Below, one piece after another: positions 8,645 to 12,255 of a DNA stretch of 12,255 bases. Below the pieces are notes generated by a model. It was not told the DNA's origin. It ran no database searches and was given only the letters and a program-made list of their open reading frames with translations. The translations under genes were made by a program, and so were the position numbers. The stretch is from Candidatus Aenigmatarchaeota archaeon (lineage in GTDB: Archaea > Aenigmatarchaeota > Aenigmatarchaeia > QMZP01). Numbering within the stretch: the first letter of the stretch is position 1; every line of letters starts with the position of its first letter. The stretch covers positions 1 through 12,255 of the forward strand of contig JAWCLA010000012.1 of NCBI GenBank assembly GCA_039091855.1, given 5' to 3'.

Positions 8645-8785
8645 AATTTGACTGGGTTAATTTTATATGAAAATTCGCTCAATAGCAGGTTTTTATTGCT
8701 TGGGGAGAATTATTATACAAGTGATTGGGTTCGGCAGGTGTTAAGTTCATATATCCTCTAAATCGCAAAGTTAAAAACAAGACAA

Positions 8786-8870
8786 TGACGACTTTGACCA
8801 ACTGAATCAGGTCGTCTTTCCAAAACCGGATTGACGAATTCGACCAACATAATAAATTCGTCTTTCCAAA
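8786..8870. repeat. Two 39-nt stem-loop direct repeats (8786-8824, 8832-8870)
   Basis: T-GACGACTT-TGACCAACTGAATC-AGGTCGTC-TTTCCAAA and T-GACGAATT-CGACCAACATAATA-AATTCGTC-TTTCCAAA. Confidence 0.85.
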
Positions 8871-8874
8871 TCCT

Positions 8875-9357
8875 GTCACAAGGCGAAGCGCAATTGGAAG
8901 GCAGTGTAACTGCCTTCTCCGTTGAGTAGCAAAGACAACCAACAACAATGTTAATTGTAACAAGGCGAATGTTAAGTGGAAGTTCCGAAGGAACTTCTCC
9001 GTCAAGTCACAATGTTAAACAATGGCAAAGCAAAATGTAACAAGGCGAATGTTAAGTGGAAGTTGGCGAAGCCGACTTCTCCGTCACTGTCGCTTTGAGT
9101 ATAAGTCACAAGGCGAAGCATAATTGGAAGTTCCGAAGGAACTTCTCCGTTGAGTAGCAAAGATAACCAATAAAAATGTGAACTGTAACAAGGCGAATGT
9201 TAAGTGGAAGTTCCGAAGGAACTTCTCCGTCAAGTCACAATGTTAAACAATGGCAAAGCAAAATGTAACAAGGCGAATGTTAAGTGGAAGTTCCGAAGGA
9301 ACTTCTCCGTTGAGTAGCAAAGACAAGCAACAACAATGTTAATTGTAACAAGGCGAA
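8875..9357. repeat. Array of ~46-nt hairpin repeats with mostly 34-nt linkers (CRISPR-like architecture, no cas genes in window)
   Basis: GT(A/C)ACAAGGCGAA starts at 8875, 8957, 9037, 9105, 9185, 9265 and 9345 (spacings 82, 80, 68, 80, 80, 80). Consensus unit GTAACAAGGCGAATGTTAAGTGGAAGTTCCGAAGGAACTTCTCCGT. The seventh copy is truncated. Confidence 0.95.
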
Positions 9358-9361
9358 GTAT

Positions 9362-10138
9362 ATGACAAGGATAACAGGCGTGGTTTCTGGAAAGGGTGGT
9401 GTTGGAAAGACAACACTTGTTGCAAATCTCGGAGCTGCCCTTGCCTCCTTCTACAAGAAGAGAGTGATAATAGTTGACTGCAATGTGACCACTTCTCACC
9501 TCGGTCTTTATCTTGGTATGTATTACCATCCTGTCTCTCTCAACCAGGTTTTGAGGGGAGAGGCGTCAATGGATGAGGCTATTTATGATTATACCATACC
9601 TGGATTGAAGGTGATACCAGCATCGCTTTCGCTTGATGAACTCAAAGGTGTGGACATAAGCGAACTCAAATACAGGATAAAGGACCTTTTTGGCAAGGCG
9701 GACATAGTCTTTCTGGACTCTGCACCCGGTCTGGGAAAGGAAGGTCTCGCAACCCTGAGGGCAAGCGATGAAATTCTTTTTGTTACAACTCCCTTTGTTC
9801 CTCACGTGATAGATGTGATAAAGTGCTACCAAATCGCAAAGGAGGTTGGAGCTAAACCACTTGGGCTTGTTGTTAACATGTCAGGGGAAGGAAGGCACGA
9901 GTTAAGCCCTCAGGACATAGAAAAATTAGTGGAGCTTCCTGTTATCTCGATAATCCCGAGGGACAAGCACATTCTAAGAAGCCTTGCATCTAAAATCCCT
10001 GTCGTCGACCTTAACCCAAACTCCCCTGCCAGCAGGGAAATCAAAAGGCTTGCGGCAGCCATACTAGGGGAGGAATACAAGCCTTACAAGCCAAAGAGGC
10101 TGGAGAGGCTGATAAGGGCGATGAGAATAAGGAGATGA
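9362..10138 (+). CDS. minD: MinD-family (MinD/ParA superfamily) P-loop ATPase
   Basis: Deviant Walker A SGKGGVGKTT, VIIVDCN, VFLDSAPG, GLVVNM and IIPRD. Lacks the DxDPQGN motif typical of ParA/Soj. Basic amphipathic C-terminus KRLERLIRAMRIRR resembles a membrane-targeting helix. Confidence 0.88.
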   Translation: MTRITGVVSGKGGVGKTTLVANLGAALASFYKKRVIIVDCNVTTSHLGLYLGMYYHPVSLNQVLRGEASMDEAIYDYTIPGLKVIPASLSLDELKGVDISELKYRIKDLFGKADIVFLDSAPGLGKEGLATLRASDEILFVTTPFVPHVIDVIKCYQIAKEVGAKPLGLVVNMSGEGRHELSPQDIEKLVELPVISIIPRDKHILRSLASKIPVVDLNPNSPASREIKRLAAAILGEEYKPYKPKRLERLIRAMRIRR

Positions 10139-10265
10139 TTACAAAGTTTTTACCATAGTGCCAATTTTTACATCAATCAAAGTTGCTGTTATAAAAAATC
10201 TTATTATACATTTAAACAAAATTATTATAGCAAACAAACATTCTGGCTTCCGTCAGGAGCTTCAT
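10139..10265 (+). promoter_or_regulatory. AT-rich promoter region and RBS of the KaiC-like/PAS gene pair
   Basis: TTATTATA at 10201-10208 and 10222-10229 with TTTAAA between them. AGGAG just upstream of the ATG at 10266. Confidence 0.45.
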
Positions 10266-10781
10266 ATGAAAGGACCCGTGGCCTCTGGAAAGGGTGAAAT
10301 AGAGGTGTTGGTTTTTTCTGACAAGGATTACTCCAAAAAAATCATTGAATTGTCGTCATCAGTCTCTTCGTCTTTCAGCAGGATATGCTATGTCACGCTT
10401 AACAAGCCGTTTTCTGTTGTTTCTGAAAGCCTTAAAAAGTCAGGCGTAAGCACAGAAAAATTCTTCTTTGTCGACTGCACAGGTAAGCCCGAAAGAAAAG
10501 AAGGGCAGGCAGTCTATGTGTCTTCTCCGAAGGCATTGACAGAAATGAGCATAACGATAACAAAGGTTCTGGAATTGGGAAAGGTTGATGCCCTTATTTT
10601 TGACTCGCTTTCCACTCTTATGATTTATGAGGAGCCTTCTGTTGTCCTGAAATTTTTCCATTCAGTTCTGTCATCCCTAAGGTCAAGGAGGGTGTCGGGA
10701 TTTTTCGTCTGCCTTAAGGGCGGAACGGGCTCGGGGGTTTTGAAAGACATCTCTATGTTTGCTGACAGGGTGGTGGAATGA
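10266..10781 (+). CDS. Inactive KaiC/RecA-fold ATPase-like protein (~171 aa)
   Basis: Motifs ICYVTLNKP, FFFVDC, SSPKALTEMSITI, LIFDSLSTLMIY and VLKFFHSV are typical of archaeal single-domain KaiC-like proteins. No Walker A GKT/S. Start placed at ATG 10266 (AGGAG RBS) rather than 10158. Confidence 0.75.
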   Translation: MKGPVASGKGEIEVLVFSDKDYSKKIIELSSSVSSSFSRICYVTLNKPFSVVSESLKKSGVSTEKFFFVDCTGKPERKEGQAVYVSSPKALTEMSITITKVLELGKVDALIFDSLSTLMIYEEPSVVLKFFHSVLSSLRSRRVSGFFVCLKGGTGSGVLKDISMFADRVVE

Positions 10782-12255
10782 GTGCTGACAACAGGGAACA
10801 AGACAAATTCCATGAACTGCTAAACAACATGCCTGATGCCATTGCAATTATTGACAGAAAAGGAACGCTTTTTGAGGCAAACGAGGCAGCCGAAAGGCTA
10901 ACAGGTTACAGAAAAAAGGAGCTTTTGGGAAAGAACATATTTGATACACAGATATTTGACAGGCACACAAAGATGCTTGTTCTGGAAAAAATGTCATTGC
11001 GCCTTTCCGGCAAGAAGGTTAGTCCGTATGAGATAGAAATCCGAAGAAAGGACGGGAAGTCAATACCAATTGAATTGAATGCCAGCCTTATTGATTATGC
11101 AGGGAAGAAGGCAGTTCTTGTTATTATAAGGGATGTGAGAGAGCGAAAGAAGGCGGAGCAAAAACTATATGATAGCGAGGAAAGGTTCAGGCAGATTTCT
11201 GAAATAGTGAAAGAATTTATATGGGAAGTTGATGCAAAAGGACTATATACCTACGCAAGCTCAAACGTAAAAGCGATCCTTGGATACAGTTCAGAAGAGA
11301 TTGTTGGGAAAAAACATTTCTTTGATTTTTTCCATCCTGATGAAAGGGAAAGCTTGAAAAAGAGTGCTTTTTCGGTTTTTGCCAAAAAAGAGGCTTTCAG
11401 GAGATTCATCAATAGGAATTTGCGAAAGGATGGGAAGGTTGTAATACTTGAAACAAGCGGGCTGCCTCTAATTGATAATAAAGGCAAGCTTATTGGGTAC
11501 AGGGGTGCTGACACAGACATAACAGAGCGCATAAAGACGGAAGAAAAATACAAAAACATAATCCAGACAAGCATAGATGGATTCTGGGTTGTTGACAATA
11601 AGGGTAGGTTTCTTGAAGTGAATGATGCGTACTGCAAAATGATTGGTTATACCCGCGAGGAACTGCTGAAAATGAGTATATCGGACATTGAGGCAGTTGA
11701 GAAGCCAGAGGAAACAGAAGCTCACATAAAGAATATAATGAAAATTGGTTCAGACAGGTTTGAAACAAAGCACAAGAGAAAAGACGGTAAGCTCATTGAT
11801 GTTGAGATAAGCGTCAGATATGAAAGGGAGACAGGAGAAATGTTTGTTTTTGCGAGGGACATAACTGAAAGAAAGCAGACAGAAAAGAAAATAACCGAAT
11901 CATTCGAGAAAGCAAGAATGATGGAGGACATTGTAAACAGAAGCCCTGTCGTCGCATTTCTGTGGAAGAACGCGGAGGGGTGGCCTGTTGAGTTCGTTTC
12001 TGAAAACATCAGGATGTTTGGATACGAGCCTGAGGAATTGATTTCAGGAAAAATACCCTACTCGAAAATTGTTCATCCCGAAGACCTACAAAGGATTGGG
12101 GAAGAGGTATCGAGATACTCAAAGATGAAAATAAAGGAATTCAAGCAGGAATACAGGATTGTGACAAAATCAGGCGATGTCCGTTGGATTGATGACAGGA
12201 CTTGGGTAAGGAGGGACCCAAGTGGAAAAATAACGCATTACCAGGGCATAGTAAT
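10778..12255 (+). CDS. Multi-PAS sensor protein (at least 4 PAS/PAC domains), 3'-truncated; absent from the ORF track
   Basis: ATGA overlap with the upstream stop; the frame is open to the window end. Translation includes MSADNREQDKFHELLNNMPDAIAIIDRKG...ANEAAERLTGY...RDVRERK, WEVDAKG...LGYSSEE...HPDE...DITERIK, FWVVDNKGRFLEVNDAYCKMIGY...RDITERK, and LWKNAEGWPVEFVSENI...VHPEDL...RWIDDR. Confidence 0.93.
   Translation, partial: MSADNREQDKFHELLNNMPDAIAIIDRKGTLFEANEAAERLTGYRKKELLGKNIFDTQIFDRHTKMLVLEKMSLRLSGKKVSPYEIEIRRKDGKSIPIELNASLIDYAGKKAVLVIIRDVRERKKAEQKLYDSEERFRQISEIVKEFIWEVDAKGLYTYASSNVKAILGYSSEEIVGKKHFFDFFHPDERESLKKSAFSVFAKKEAFRRFINRNLRKDGKVVILETSGLPLIDNKGKLIGYRGADTDITERIKTEEKYKNIIQTSIDGFWVVDNKGRFLEVNDAYCKMIGYTREELLKMSISDIEAVEKPEETEAHIKNIMKIGSDRFETKHKRKDGKLIDVEISVRYERETGEMFVFARDITERKQTEKKITESFEKARMMEDIVNRSPVVAFLWKNAEGWPVEFVSENIRMFGYEPEELISGKIPYSKIVHPEDLQRIGEEVSRYSKMKIKEFKQEYRIVTKSGDVRWIDDRTWVRRDPSGKITHYQGIV

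Noticed and set aside
8957-8965. GTAACAAGG matches the conserved 3' region of 16S rRNA
   Set aside because: Only 9 nt match and the flanks do not resemble rRNA; treated as coincidence.
8923-9002. DGR template repeat (AAC-rich tract next to a GNA-loop hairpin)
   Set aside because: No reverse transcriptase or matching variable region in any ORF in the window, and differences between copies are not the A-to-N pattern expected from a template.
8875-9357. Canonical CRISPR array
   Set aside because: Spacers recur (B twice; A three times as variants), the repeat stems vary with compensation, there is no ATTGAAA(C/G)-type end, and no cas gene is in the window. Kept only as CRISPR-like architecture.
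8875-9357. Replication origin ORB repeats or a ParA centromere
   Set aside because: Only AGTGGAA resembles part of an ORB. The TTCCA arm and G-string are missing and there is no cdc6/orc1. The ATPase looks MinD-like rather than ParA/Soj-like and no parB is present. Not excluded, but unsupported.
8679-9529. Minus-strand ORFs 8679-9005 and 9230-9529
   Set aside because: They are translations of the repeat array or antisense to minD. The 80-nt period is not a multiple of 3 and the products have no protein-like features.
10158-10265. N-terminal extension of the KaiC-like ORF given in the track
   Set aside because: It runs through AT-rich promoter-like DNA. The ATG at 10266 has an AGGAG RBS and gives a typical domain length.
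11251-12009. Minus-strand ORFs near the right end
   Set aside because: They are antisense to the clear multi-PAS reading frame on the plus strand.

Overview
Archaeal-looking window. A DPANN-type lineage is suggested by gene content only and is inference. From left to right: (1) a 5'-truncated, AT-rich AAA_14/DUF4143-type ATPase gene. (2) A convergent, tightly coupled five-gene minus-strand operon: three large coiled-coil proteins (~615, 1020 and 447 aa) bracketed by two tiny single-transmembrane proteins. (3) An AT-rich divergent promoter region with a perfect inverted repeat, followed by a ~216-aa hypothetical protein with a possible winged-helix N-terminus. (4) A ~570-nt structured non-coding region: two 39-nt covarying stem-loops, then seven copies (six full) of a ~46-nt hairpin repeat separated mostly by 34-nt linkers, ending 4 nt before the start codon of a MinD-family ATPase. 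(5) An inactive KaiC/RecA-fold protein translationally coupled to a multi-PAS sensor that runs off the window and is missing from the ORF track. The most unusual elements are the cas-less, CRISPR-like hairpin array in front of minD and the membrane-bookended coiled-coil operon. Together they may form an undescribed MinD-linked scaffold or positioning locus.
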